DNA of 64,000 bases from an uncultured Chloroflexia bacterium (GTDB lineage: Bacteria; Chloroflexota; Limnocylindria; Limnocylindrales; CSP1-4), in the NCBI GenBank assembly GCA_963735455.1, contig CAVTKZ010000004.1:435238-499237 (forward strand), read 5' to 3'. Shown here in pieces: positions 45,527 through 58,106 of the stretch. Under the pieces are notes generated by a model. The model was not told the DNA's origin. It did not search any database and saw nothing but the letters and a program-made list of their open reading frames with translations. The translations under genes and the position numbers were made by a program. Every line of letters begins with the position of its first letter. Positions within the stretch are counted from its first letter, which is position 1.

Positions 45527-46445
45527 CTAGCCGCTGACCTCGCGGGCGGCCCGCCGCCGATCGACCTGCAGGCGCTCGTCGGCGATCCGGATCGCCGCCG
45601 CCAGGTCCGAGCTCGGGGTAGGGCAGGCCCAGCCGATCGCAACCCGGGTCGAGACCGCGCCGGCCGCCAGCCAGCGATCGCACTGGGTGCGGACGCGCTC
45701 GGCAAAGTTGATCGCCTGGATCTCGTCGGTCTCGGGCATCAGCACGCCGAAGCGGCTCGGGCCGAGGCGGGCGACATGGTCGGTGGCCCGCCCGTTGCGG
45801 CTGAGGGTCTCGGCGATCGCCGGGATCAGCCGGTCGGCCGCATCGGTGCCCAGGCGGCTGACGAGGCGCTCGAAGCCGTCCAGCTCGAGCAGGACCACCG
45901 TGATCGGTCGCCGGTAGCGGCTGAGGCGCGTGCTCTCCTCGCGGATCCGGCGCTCCCAGTCGACTGCCTCGTCGACGAGCGGCTGGTCGGCGGGCGCCGT
46001 CCGGCGCGCCGGGGGGGCGTCGGTCCAGACCACGGTCTCCTCGGTCGGTCCGCCACCGAGGTCGGTCAGGCGCGGGGTCGGCACCTCGAACTCGATCTCG
46101 GGTGGCTCTTCCCGCGGCCCGAGGGCAGTCGGCGGGGAAACAAAGAACGCGATCGCATCCTGGTCGGCCGCATGGGCCTCATCCTCGAGGACGGATCGGA
46201 AGCGTCGGGCGTCGTCGGCGGCGGTCACGGGTTCGATGCTCTCCTGGGACGTAGCTGGGGGGTCGTGATTGAGGTGATCCGGCGTGCTTGTTGCCCTTCC
46301 CCCCCTGGCGTCGTCGATGCCAGCGCCCGTCTCGACGGCCGTTGGCCGAAGTCGGCGAACGAGGGTGACGATGAGGACACCCATGATGACAAGATTTCGC
46401 AAGAATTGCGATTCCAATGGCGATGATGAGCGGATCAGTGGACAT
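45527..46445 (-). pseudogene. Membrane-anchored degenerate GGDEF-domain protein; probable frame break near 46398
   Basis: ATG 46445 (GGAG upstream) gives MSTDPLIIAIGIAIL, then shifts into ORF 45527..46417 (RNLVIMGVLIVTLV...). The GGDEF position reads RLGPSRF. Confidence 0.7.
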
Positions 46446-46674
46446 CCTGGCTCCGTTCGAGCGACCGATCGCGCCCGGGTAGAGCATGATCGCCCGCCCT
46501 TCCGCCACCGACAACAGTCCTAACCACCCCCCGGACGAATTCGTTGGTGCCGCCGAGCACCGAGCGGTGGGTCCGGTCGGGAGGCGTGGGCTGCGGGGTT
46601 GCGTCGTCCGTCCCGGCCGCGTATTCTCCCGGCCCGGTCCGCTCCCAGAGGCGGACGGCAACTCGAGGTCAGCC

Positions 46675-47628
46675 GTGGCACGCGCGATGTGGCGAGGGGC
46701 GATCCAGTTCGGGCTGGTGACGATCCCGGTCAGGCTCTACCTGGCCACCGAATCCAAGGGCATCAGCTTCCACATGCTCCACGACAAGGACCTCTCTCGG
46801 ATCCAGATGAAGACGTACTGCCCGGTCGACGACGAGGTGATCTCGCGGGGCGACACGGTCAAGGGCTTCGAGTACGCGCCCGGCCAGTATGTGGTCGTCA
46901 CCGACGAGGACCTGGCCGCCGTCCCCCTCAAGACGGTCCGGGCGATCGAGATCGAGCTGTTCACGGCAGCCAACCCCGACAATGCCGCGGTCCGCTTCGT
47001 GAAGGGCGCCTACTACCTCGAGCCCGACCCGATCGGGCGCAAGGCGTTCTACCTCCTCCGCGAGGTGCTGGCCGACAAGCAGCTCACGGCGATCTGCAAG
47101 GTCGTGATCAAGGATCGCGAGGTCCTCGGCGCGATCGACCCGTTCAGCACGACGATGCTCCTGACCACGCTCCACTGGCCCGACGAGATCCGGAGCGTCG
47201 CCGAGCTCGACCTGCCCGACGAGCTGCCCGAGGCCAAGCCCGCCGAGAAGGCGATGGCCGAGCAGCTGATCGGGGCGATGACCGCCGACTTCGACCCGGC
47301 CGCCTACCACGACGACTACCGCGAGGCGCTCCTCAAGCTGATCGAGGACAAGGTCGCCGGCCAGGAGACGGTCGAGCCGGTGGCCCCCCAGCCGGCGACG
47401 AACCTGGTCGACCTGATGGCCGCCCTCGAGGCCAGCGTCAAGGCGGCGGTCGAAGCCCGCGGCCAGAAGGTGCCCACCTCCGTCGATGCGGCCCGGACCG
47501 CCAAGAGCGAGGCAAAGGCCGCGAAGGGCAGCCGGGATGCGGCGGCCAAGTCTGCCGATCTGGCTGCCGATCTGGCCGCCGACCAGGCCGAGGCCGCGCC
47601 GCCGGCAAAGCGCCGCAAGTCCGCCTGA
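46675..47628 (+). CDS. ku: Ku DNA end-binding protein
   Basis: Motifs WRGAIQFGLVTIPVRLY and YYLEPD; basic/Ala-rich tail. Start is GTG 46675 or ATG 46684. Confidence 0.92.
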   Translation: MARAMWRGAIQFGLVTIPVRLYLATESKGISFHMLHDKDLSRIQMKTYCPVDDEVISRGDTVKGFEYAPGQYVVVTDEDLAAVPLKTVRAIEIELFTAANPDNAAVRFVKGAYYLEPDPIGRKAFYLLREVLADKQLTAICKVVIKDREVLGAIDPFSTTMLLTTLHWPDEIRSVAELDLPDELPEAKPAEKAMAEQLIGAMTADFDPAAYHDDYREALLKLIEDKVAGQETVEPVAPQPATNLVDLMAALEASVKAAVEARGQKVPTSVDAARTAKSEAKAAKGSRDAAAKSADLAADLAADQAEAAPPAKRRKSA

Positions 47629-47690
47629 TCGGCCGGCCTGGCCTGGGCTCGGCCGCCGCGCCCGCCGACTGAACCCGGCCGCCGCCAGCG

Positions 47691-50478
47691 ATGCCCCTCG
47701 ACGCTTACCGGCGCAAGCGCGACTTCAGCAAGACGGCCGAGCCGGCCGGTGGCGCGCCGGCCGCCGTCGACCGGGTCCTGGCCGGCCGCTTCGTCGTCGG
47801 CCGCCACCGGGCGACACGCCTGCACTACGACCTGCGCCTCGAGATCGGCGGAGTCCTCGCCAGCTGGGCCGTGCCCAAGGGCCCCAGCCTGGATCCCGAG
47901 GTCCGCCGGATGGCGATCCACGTCGAGGACCACCCGATCGAGTACCTCGATTTCGAGGGCACGATCCCGCGTGGCGAGTACGGCGCCGGGGACGCGATCG
48001 TGTGGGACTGGGGCACCTACGAGCCGGAGGCTCCGACCCTCGACCCGGCCGGGTCGATCGCGGCCGGCGAGCTGAAGTTCCGGATCTTCGGCCAGAAGCT
48101 GCGCGGCCGGTTCACCCTGGTCCGGACCCGGGGCCGCTCGAGCTCCGCCGGCGGCCGGCGCCGGAGCGCAGCACACGAGCCGGAGGCCGATCGCGACGGC
48201 GACCCGTGGCTGCTGATCCACAAGAAGGATGCCGACGCGGTCGCAGGCTGGGATGCCGAGGACTACCCCGCCTCGGTCCTGACCGGCCGGACCAACGAGG
48301 AGGTCGCGGCCGGGCTGGCCCCCCGCTTCAGGGCGGCGCCGCCGGTCGCCCAGCGCTCGCTCGAGGAGCTCGGGGCGATCGCCGCCCCGTTTCCCGGCTT
48401 CGTCGAGCCAATGCTGGCGACGCTGGCGAGCCAGGCCTTCGACGATCCGGGCTGGCTGTTCGAGATCAAGTGGGACGGCTATCGAGTCGAGGCCGTGGTC
48501 CGCGACCGGCGGGTCAGCCTCCATACCCGCAACGGCAAGGACGCCGGGACGTACTTCCCGGGGCTGCTCAGCCCGCCCGACTGGATCGACGCGAGCGAAG
48601 CCGTGGTCGACGGCGAGGTCGTCGCCCTGGACCCCGCCGGGCGGCCCGATTTCGGCCTGCTCCAGGAGCGCCTGGGCGTCCGCTTCGGGAGCGGGACACC
48701 GGGCCGCCAGCGGGGCACGGCCGAGGATCGGGGAGCCGCCGGTCCACCGGCGGCGGCCGCTTCCGGTTCGCCTGCGCCGCTCGTCTACCAGGCCTTCGAC
48801 CTGCTCTACCTCGATGGGCTGTCGCTGCTCGCCGTGCCCCTCGAGGAGCGCAAGCGGGCGCTCCGCTCGGTCCTCCGCGAGGGTCCCCATGTCCGCTATG
48901 CGACCCATGTCGAGGCGGCCGGCAACGCCTTCCTGGCCGCCGCCCGGGCCCAGAACCTGGAAGGGGTGATGGCCAAGGAGCGCCGTTCGCGCTATGAGCC
49001 CGGCCGGCGGGTCGGCACCTGGCTCAAGCTGAAGATCCGGCCCGAGCAGGAGTTCGTCGTCGGCGGCTACCTGCCCGGCGAGGGCAACGCCCACGACCTC
49101 GGCAGCGTGATCGTCGGCTACTACGAGGACGGCGCCCTGCGCTACGCCGGCCGGGTCGGGAGCGGCTTCGACGGAGCGACCCGGGCCCGGCTCAAGAGCC
49201 TCCTCGATGGCCGGCCTGCGCAGCGACCCACCGTTCGTCCCGCCGCCGCCCTCGGGCCCGGACCTGCGTGGCGTCGTCTGGAGCGAGCCCGCGATCGTGA
49301 TCCGGGTTGCCTTCTCGAACTGGACCCGGGACGAGGTGATCCGCCAGCCATCGTTCAAGGGCTTCGAGCTCGATCGCGACCCTCGCTCGGTGCGCCGCGA
49401 GCGGGCCGAGGCTGGGCCGCCGGCCGCTGCCCCCGACCCGCCGGCCGACGACGAGGCAGGCGTCCCGGTCTCCGGGTCAGGGCTCGCCCAGCGGGCGACC
49501 GACGCCGAGCTGGCCGAGCTGGCCGGGCTGCCGGCCAAGGGCACCTGGCGGGTGGGCGGCTTCGAGCTGAGCCTGACCAACCTTGACAAGGTCCTCTTCC
49601 CGGCTCGAGACGCGCGTCCAGGCGCCTCGCCCGACGGTGCCACGCCGGCCGAGCTGCCGCTGACGAAGCGCGACCTGATCGACTACCTCAGCCGGGTCGG
49701 ACCGGTCCTCCTGCCACACCTGGCCGAACGGGCCCTCAATCTCCAGCGTTTCCCGGACGGCGCCGCTGGGCCGGCCTTCTGGCAGAAGCAGATCCCTGCC
49801 ACTGCCCCGGCCTGGCTCCGACTGTGGCACGAGACCGGGGTCGAGGATCGGGCGGCGAACGACCACCTCGTCGCCGATCGCGCCGCCAGCCTGGCCTGGC
49901 TGGGCAACCAGGCGGCCTTCGAGTTCCATCCCTGGACGGCCCGGATCGAGGACGTTGACCATCCGACCTATGCCCTGATCGACATTGACCCGGGCGAGAA
50001 GACGAGCTGGGCCGAGACGCTGGCCCTGGCGCGACTGTTCCGGACGGCGCTCGGCCACCTTGGCGTGCGCGGGGCGCCCAAGACCACCGGCAAGCGCGGG
50101 ATCCAGGTCTGGATCCCGATCGAGCGCGGACGCTACACGTTCCGGGAGACGACCGACTGGGTCGAGCAGCTCAGCCGGGCGGTCGGCGCGATCGTGCCCC
50201 AGCTCGTCAGCTGGGAATGGTCGGTTGCCGGCCGGGCGGGCAGAGCCCGCCTCGACTTCACCCAGAACAGCCGGATCAAGACGCTCGTCGCGCCGTATGC
50301 CGTCCGGCCCGCCGCCGGTGCGCCGGTCTCGGCGCCGATCACCTGGGCCGAGCTCGACGATCCCGACCTGCGCCCCGACCGCTGGACGATCCGGACGATC
50401 CTGCCCCGGATCGAGGCGCTCGGCGACCTGTTCGCGACGGCCCTCGAGCAGGACCAGGTCCTGCCACCCCTCGGCTGA
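47691..50478 (+). pseudogene. ligD: Multidomain ATP-dependent DNA ligase LigD (PE - ligase - polymerase order) with a frame break near 49206
   Basis: PE domain (HRATRLHYDLRLE), ligase domain (FEIKWDGYR, KxDG). The polymerase domain lies in ORF 49207..50478 (LSLTNLDKVLFP, AFEFHPW). Confidence 0.9.
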
Positions 50479-50485
50479 TGGCCGT

Positions 50486-51172
50486 CTAGCGCCAGGGCAA
50501 GGGGTCGCGTGGTCGATGGCCCTGCCGGAAGAAGGCGACGACCGGCGTGCCGCCCGAGTAGTCGAGCGCCAGCACACCGGCTGCGTCTCGCCCCACGAGC
50601 AATCGGACGGAGTCGTCGCCGGGCAGGTTCGGGTCGTAGATCCGGATGGCGAGCGTGTCCCGGGTCGCGGCCCGGCCTCGACGCCGTGGGCGACGACCTG
50701 GTGGTCCTGGATCAGGGTTGCCGGGTTGGCCGAGACGGCGTGGACCAGGCCCGAGGGCGACCGGCCGGCCGGTCGCCAGCTCGCGCCGGATCCGGGGCAG
50801 CTCGCGACGGAGGACCTCGGCCGAGCGCGAGGCATCCGACCGCCAGGGCGCCCCGAGGAGGTAGAAGCGGGCCGGTCCCAGGCCGAGCTCGAACGAGTCG
50901 AGCTGGCGGCGGACGAGGTAGCGGAAGGCGGGCGTGCCCTCGACCGGCAGATCCGCCTGGCGTGGCGCGGGCAGCCCGGCGAACCACAGGTCAAGGGCCG
51001 CGAAGGCCATCCCGCCGCACAGCCCGTTGGCCGCGTCGCCGATCGCCAGCTCGACCGGGACCGGGCCGCCCAGCCGGAAGCGGAGGGGCGCCACGTGCGG
51101 CCAGCGGTTGGCGAAGCCGAAGCCGTTGACGGAGGCCCGGAACGGCTCGGGAGGCGGCAGGCGATCGCTCAT
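50486..51172 (-). pseudogene. Hypothetical protein with a candidate Cys/His (papain-like) dyad; two frame breaks near 50748 and 50670
   Basis: ORF 50486..51172 has NGLCGGMAFAAL. The middle reads better in the frame of ORF 49477..50994 (GLVHAVSANPATLIQDHQVVAHGVE). It then returns to the first frame (DTLAIRIYDPN). Confidence 0.6.
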
Positions 51173-52506
51173 GGCTTGCGCAGGTCCTCATTGCGGTAGA
51201 TCCGGGTGCTCGACGACCAGGTCTCGGACACCTCTGCCCGGGCGGCGGTCACGAAGCGGGTCAGCCCGGAGACCGCGAACAGGATCGCGAAGGCCGGGTA
51301 GCCGAGGGGCAGGATCGCCAGGATCGCGGCGTTCGAGAGCTGCCCGGCGGTGATCCCGGCGGCGCTGCCGGCCACGAACCGGCCCTGGGCCCGGATCAGG
51401 TCCGGACCCGGCGTCAGGCGCATCAGGCGCTCATTCGAGGACAGCGTGCCGGCCGACGCACCGGCCGCGGCGACGCCGGCCACGACGCAGATGATCAGGC
51501 CGGCCAGCGGGTTGGCCGGGAACGCCGTCAGGCCCAGGAGCATCGACGAGCCGCGCAGCAGGAACGAGACCCGCAGCGTGCGCGACGCGCTGCCCCGCGC
51601 CAGCAGGCCGCCGATGATCGTGGCCGAGACGAGCGAGGCGGCCGACGAGATCGCCGACAGGAGGATCGCGTAGCTCGGCGGCAGATGCAAGACGCTGATC
51701 GCGTAGATCGACAGGTAGGGGCCGAAGCCGGCGCCAAAGGCGGCCACCGTGATCGAGCGCAGGAAGGGCTGCAGGTGGGGCGAGGGCGGCGCCAGCGGCG
51801 GACCATCGCTGGGACCGGCCGACGAGCGCGCCACGCGGACCCGGCCGGGCCGCGCCAGCTGGCGCAGGACGATGATCTCGATCACCCCGGCGATGCCGCT
51901 GACCAGGAACACGACGGCATAGATCCGGACGCCCAGGTCGGGCAGGAAGAGCTGGACCAGGAGGGCCACGGGCAGGAGCAGGATCGAGCCCAGGCCGAGG
52001 GTCATGCCCATCACCCGGGGAGCCACGAAGCGCCGTTCCGCGTCGGGCAGGATCGCCCCGTACCAGGCCAGCAGGTTCGTCCCGCCGATCGTCGTCGCGG
52101 CGCCGCCCAGGCTGATCACCGCCCCGATCGCGACGATCGCCAGGCCGTTCGGGATCAGCCCGATCCAGGCCGCGAGGGTCAGCGCCCCGAGCACGAAGCC
52201 ACGGGTCTCGCCGAGGGCCAGGATGATCAGGGTGACTCCCCGCAGGTTGCCGTCGTAGCGGCGCAGCAGCCAGGGCACCCCGAGCTGGGCTGCCGAGAAG
52301 GCGAAGGGCAGGACGCCGATCACGGTCGCCAGCGCGGGGCTGGCTCCGAGCTCGAGCAGGAGCGGGATGGTCAGCCCGTCGCCGGCCAGCGCGGCGACCA
52401 CCGCGCTCGACACGCCCAGCCCCTGGAACGAGCGGTAGGGCGGACCCAGGAAGATCCGCCACTCGCCGAGGGTGGTCGCACGCGCGGCGGCCCGGGCGTC
52501 GCTCAC
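51169..52506 (-). CDS. MFS-type transporter
   Basis: About 12 hydrophobic segments. Its GTG start overlaps the upstream stop. Confidence 0.8.
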   Translation of the reverse strand: MSDARAAARATTLGEWRIFLGPPYRSFQGLGVSSAVVAALAGDGLTIPLLLELGASPALATVIGVLPFAFSAAQLGVPWLLRRYDGNLRGVTLIILALGETRGFVLGALTLAAWIGLIPNGLAIVAIGAVISLGGAATTIGGTNLLAWYGAILPDAERRFVAPRVMGMTLGLGSILLLPVALLVQLFLPDLGVRIYAVVFLVSGIAGVIEIIVLRQLARPGRVRVARSSAGPSDGPPLAPPSPHLQPFLRSITVAAFGAGFGPYLSIYAISVLHLPPSYAILLSAISSAASLVSATIIGGLLARGSASRTLRVSFLLRGSSMLLGLTAFPANPLAGLIICVVAGVAAAGASAGTLSSNERLMRLTPGPDLIRAQGRFVAGSAAGITAGQLSNAAILAILPLGYPAFAILFAVSGLTRFVTAARAEVSETWSSSTRIYRNEDLRKP

Positions 52507-53636
52507 GGGGCCTGGATCGGCGGTCCGAACCAGACGCTCGCGGCGATGATCACGTACAGGGCGATCAGGGCCAGTCCTTCCAGCCAGGTCGACTCTCCGT
52601 CGAAGACGATGAACGCGCCCAGGATCACGGACAGGCCCAGCGCCCCGATCAGGAGCGGCGAGGCGACCAGGGTGAGGGCCGGCCCGCCGATCACGACCGA
52701 GATCAGGACGAGGGCCGGGATCAAGGCCAGGGCGACCTGCAGGCTCGAGTTGAGGATCAGGCTGATCGCCAGGTCGACGTTGTTACGCAGGGCCTGCTGG
52801 ACGCCGGCCACGTTCTCGACGGCATTGCCGGCGATCGCCACGATCACCAGCCCGGCGAACGCCTCGCTGATCCCAAGGCTGGCCAGGGCCGGCCGGAGGG
52901 CGTCCACGAACCAGTCCGAGACGAGGGCCGAGCCGATCGCCGCCGCGAGGAGGACGCCGACCCCGAGCTGGAGCGGCCACGCCTCGTGAGCCTCCACGAC
53001 CCGCTCGATCGAGCCGGCTCCGGGGCCGCCGCCGATCGAGAACGGGATCGAGGCAGCGAACAGGACGAGCAGGACGATCGCGGCAATCACGCTCAGGTCC
53101 TGGACGTGGCCGGCGTCGGGCGCCCCGGGTGCGGTGGCCAGGGTCGGGATGACCAGGGCGGCCACGGCCAGGACGAGCAGGGTCGCGATCATCCGGACGG
53201 GCTGGACCCCGAACTTGAGGACGCCGTGCTTGAGCCCGCCCAGGAAGAAGGCCAGGCCCAGGACCAGCAGGCTGTTGGCCAGGATCGAGCCGATCAGGGC
53301 GCTCTGGACGACGACGACCAGGCCGGCGCGCAGGCTGAAGATCCCGATGAACAGCTCGGGCAGGTTGCCCAGCGCCGACTGCATCACCCCGGTCAGGCCC
53401 GGCCCGAAGCGGCCGCCGAGCTGCTCGGTCCCCTCGCCGACCAGGCCGGCCAGGCCGGCCAGGGCCACCGCCGAGGCAACGAAGGTGATCGTCGGGCTGC
53501 CCCCGGTCAGCTTCGCCAGCAGGGCGACCAGGCCACCGGCCACGGCGATCGTGATCAACACCAGGGCGCGCCGGCCGAGGGTCTCGGCCACGGTCCGGCG
53601 GGGCTCGACGGGGACCGGAGCAGTCTCGGCGGCCAT
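52503..53636 (-). CDS. Ca2+/cation:H+ antiporter (CaCA family)
   Basis: ATG 53636. Alpha-repeats GNLPELF and GNAVEN. Confidence 0.88.
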   Translation of the reverse strand: MAAETAPVPVEPRRTVAETLGRRALVLITIAVAGGLVALLAKLTGGSPTITFVASAVALAGLAGLVGEGTEQLGGRFGPGLTGVMQSALGNLPELFIGIFSLRAGLVVVVQSALIGSILANSLLVLGLAFFLGGLKHGVLKFGVQPVRMIATLLVLAVAALVIPTLATAPGAPDAGHVQDLSVIAAIVLLVLFAASIPFSIGGGPGAGSIERVVEAHEAWPLQLGVGVLLAAAIGSALVSDWFVDALRPALASLGISEAFAGLVIVAIAGNAVENVAGVQQALRNNVDLAISLILNSSLQVALALIPALVLISVVIGGPALTLVASPLLIGALGLSVILGAFIVFDGESTWLEGLALIALYVIIAASVWFGPPIQAP

Positions 53637-53673
53637 CCGCCCGATGATACGGGGCGGCGGTACCATCGCGGCG

Positions 53674-55799
<2,126 letters not shown>

Positions 55800-55803
<4 letters not shown>

Positions 55804-57137
55804 CCGACGCCGCGATCCCGCGGCCATCCCGCTCGGCCGACGCCGGCGGACCGGCCCCGGCCCGCCCCGCGGCGACCGTCGTCCTCCTCCGCCCGGCTCC
55901 CTCGGACGCCCGGCCCGGGCCCGAGGTCCTGCTCACGCTCCGCCCGCAGTCGATGGCCTTCGGCGCTGGCCTGCACGTCTTCCCCGGCGGCCGGATCGAG
56001 CCGGCCGACGGCGACCCGCGGATCCTGGCCCGTGCGGCCGGCGGCGATCGCCATCGGGTGGGGGCGGTCCGGGAGCTCTTCGAGGAGGCCGGTGTCCTGC
56101 TCGCGGTCCATCCCGACGGCGCACTCGTGGGGTCCGACGATCGACTCGCCGGCGAGCTGCCAACGCTGCGCGCCGGGCTGGTGTCGGGTGAGCTCGACCT
56201 GGCCACGATCCTCGAGCGCCACGATCTGCGCTTGCCCACCGACCGGCTCGTGCCGATCGGCCGCTGGCAGACACCGCGGGCGTATCCCCGCCGTTTCGAC
56301 GCCCGGTTCTTCGCCGTCGAGCTGCCCGCCGGGGCGGTCCTCGACCTCGATCCGGGCGAGGTGGCCGGCCACGCCTGGCTGACCCCGGCGACGGCGCTGG
56401 CCGAGATGGCGGCCGGCCGGATCCAGCTCTGGCCGCCCACGTCCTCGACTCTCCAGCGCCTCGAGCGAGCGCCGGATATTGCCGCAATCCGGGCCGGACT
56501 CGAGCTCGTCGACGGACTGCCGTTCAGCCGCGAGCAGATTAGGCCCGGGCTGCTGAGGCTGACCGGCGGCACGGCCTTTGGGCCGGCCGGCCGGCCGGCC
56601 AACACGATCCTCGTCGGCCGCGAGCGGCTCGTGGTCGTGGATCCCGGCGATCCGGACGAGGACTTCATCGACCTGATCGAGGCGGAGGCGGCCGCCCTCG
56701 GCGGCCGGATCACGGCGATTGTCCTGACCCACGTCGACCCGGGCCACGCCGCCGGGTCGATCGAACTCCAGGAGCGGACCGGCGCCGCGATCTACGCCGG
56801 GCCGGGCGGCCGAGCATCGCTCTCGTGGACTGTCTCTGAAATCGGGGACGGGAGGACGATCGAGCTCGGCGACGTGCCCCTCGTCGTGATCGGCACGCCC
56901 GGCCATCGGCCGGACCACCTCGCATTCCGGCTGCCCGACTCGACGATCCTCAGCGGCGACGCCCTGACGGATCGCCCGACCCTGGTCCTGCCACCGCTGG
57001 GCGACGCCCAGGCCGCGCGCGCGTCCGTGGAGCGAATCGGGGCGCTTCAACCCGTTCGAATCGTCCCCGGCCACGGGCCGCTCATCGGCGATCCGCCCGG
57101 GGCCATCCGGGCTGCGCTCGAGGCCTCGACGAGCTAG
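55800..57137 (+). CDS. NUDIX hydrolase fused to an MBL-fold metallo-hydrolase
   Basis: GTG 55800 overlaps the upstream TGA. NUDIX box FPGGRIEP...[14 protein letters not shown] motifs [20 protein letters not shown]. Confidence 0.8.
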
Positions 57138-57721
57138 GCCTGGATCGTCCGGTGGAGGTTGCGCAGGAGGTTGAGGCCTTCGTCGACCTCCTCGACCGGG
57201 GCGTACGGCCCGGGCATCAGGAAGCACGGCCGGCCGGCCAGCGCGACCCCCGGCAGCTGGCCCCATTTCTCGGCCAGCGAGCGTCCCGCGGCGATCTCGG
57301 CGGCCCGCTTGTAGATGAACACGATCGCGCTCGGGCGCCAGATCGCGACCTTCTGCCAGAGCGGCCCGACTCCGAGGGTCAGCTCTCGGTCGGTGGCCGT
57401 GTCGCGCGGCGTCGGCTTCTTGATCAGGTCGGTGATCCCGTGGCCGGCGGCGACGAGCGCGTCGTCGGCCGTCTCGACGTCCGTCCCGGCCGGCAGCACG
57501 CCGGCGATCATCAGCCTGCGCCAGAAGGCCCGGCCGAGGCGACCCTCGTGATAATGGCCGGCAGCCACGCTGACCGGCGAGGGGTTCAGCCCGACGAACA
57601 GGAGCCCGCCGCGCTTCGGCGGCAGGTCGACGAGCGTCTCGAGGTCCTCGCCGTCGATCGAGATCGGCCCGCGATGTGATCCGGGACCCGGCCGCGCGAG
57701 GAGGTCGTCGAGCTCGGCCAT
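57134..57721 (-). CDS. Uracil-DNA glycosylase superfamily protein (Mug/TDG-like)
   Basis: Motif FVGLNPSP; UDG-fold length. Confidence 0.8.
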   Translation of the reverse strand: MAELDDLLARPGPGSHRGPISIDGEDLETLVDLPPKRGGLLFVGLNPSPVSVAAGHYHEGRLGRAFWRRLMIAGVLPAGTDVETADDALVAAGHGITDLIKKPTPRDTATDRELTLGVGPLWQKVAIWRPSAIVFIYKRAAEIAAGRSLAEKWGQLPGVALAGRPCFLMPGPYAPVEEVDEGLNLLRNLHRTIQA

Positions 57722-57754
57722 CGGCCGGAGGTCAGGACGGCGTTGGACGCGCGG

Positions 57755-58051
57755 TCAGGCGGGTCCCGGCGTGCCCGAGCCAGGCGGCGCCGGTGGCTGC
57801 GCGGGGGGCGGCGGCGCGGGCGCGACGGGCTGGCCGAGTGACGGCGCCGGGGCTGCGACCGGTGGGGACGGCGCCAGCGCGACCGATGGCGGGTCGTCCT
57901 TGCGCAGGTCGGTCTTGATCTCGGCCGCTTCCTTGCGCGCCTCCTTGACCCCGCGGCCGAGCATCTGGCCGATCTGGGGCAGGGTCTTGGGGCCGCGCCA
58001 GACGATCACGATGATCAGGGCCACGACGAGCAGCAGGAGAAACTTGTCCAT
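57755..58051 (-). CDS. tatA: Twin-arginine translocase subunit TatA/E with a Pro/Ala-rich tail
   Basis: ATG 58051. Sequence LLLVVALIIVIVWRGPKTLPQIGQMLGRGVKEARK. Confidence 0.9.
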   Translation of the reverse strand: MDKFLLLLVVALIIVIVWRGPKTLPQIGQMLGRGVKEARKEAAEIKTDLRKDDPPSVALAPSPPVAAPAPSLGQPVAPAPPPPAQPPAPPGSGTPGPA

Positions 58052-58106
58052 GCCCGGATGGTACTCGACTGCCGGTGGCAACTGAGCCGCAACCTATACT
58101 CGGGCC

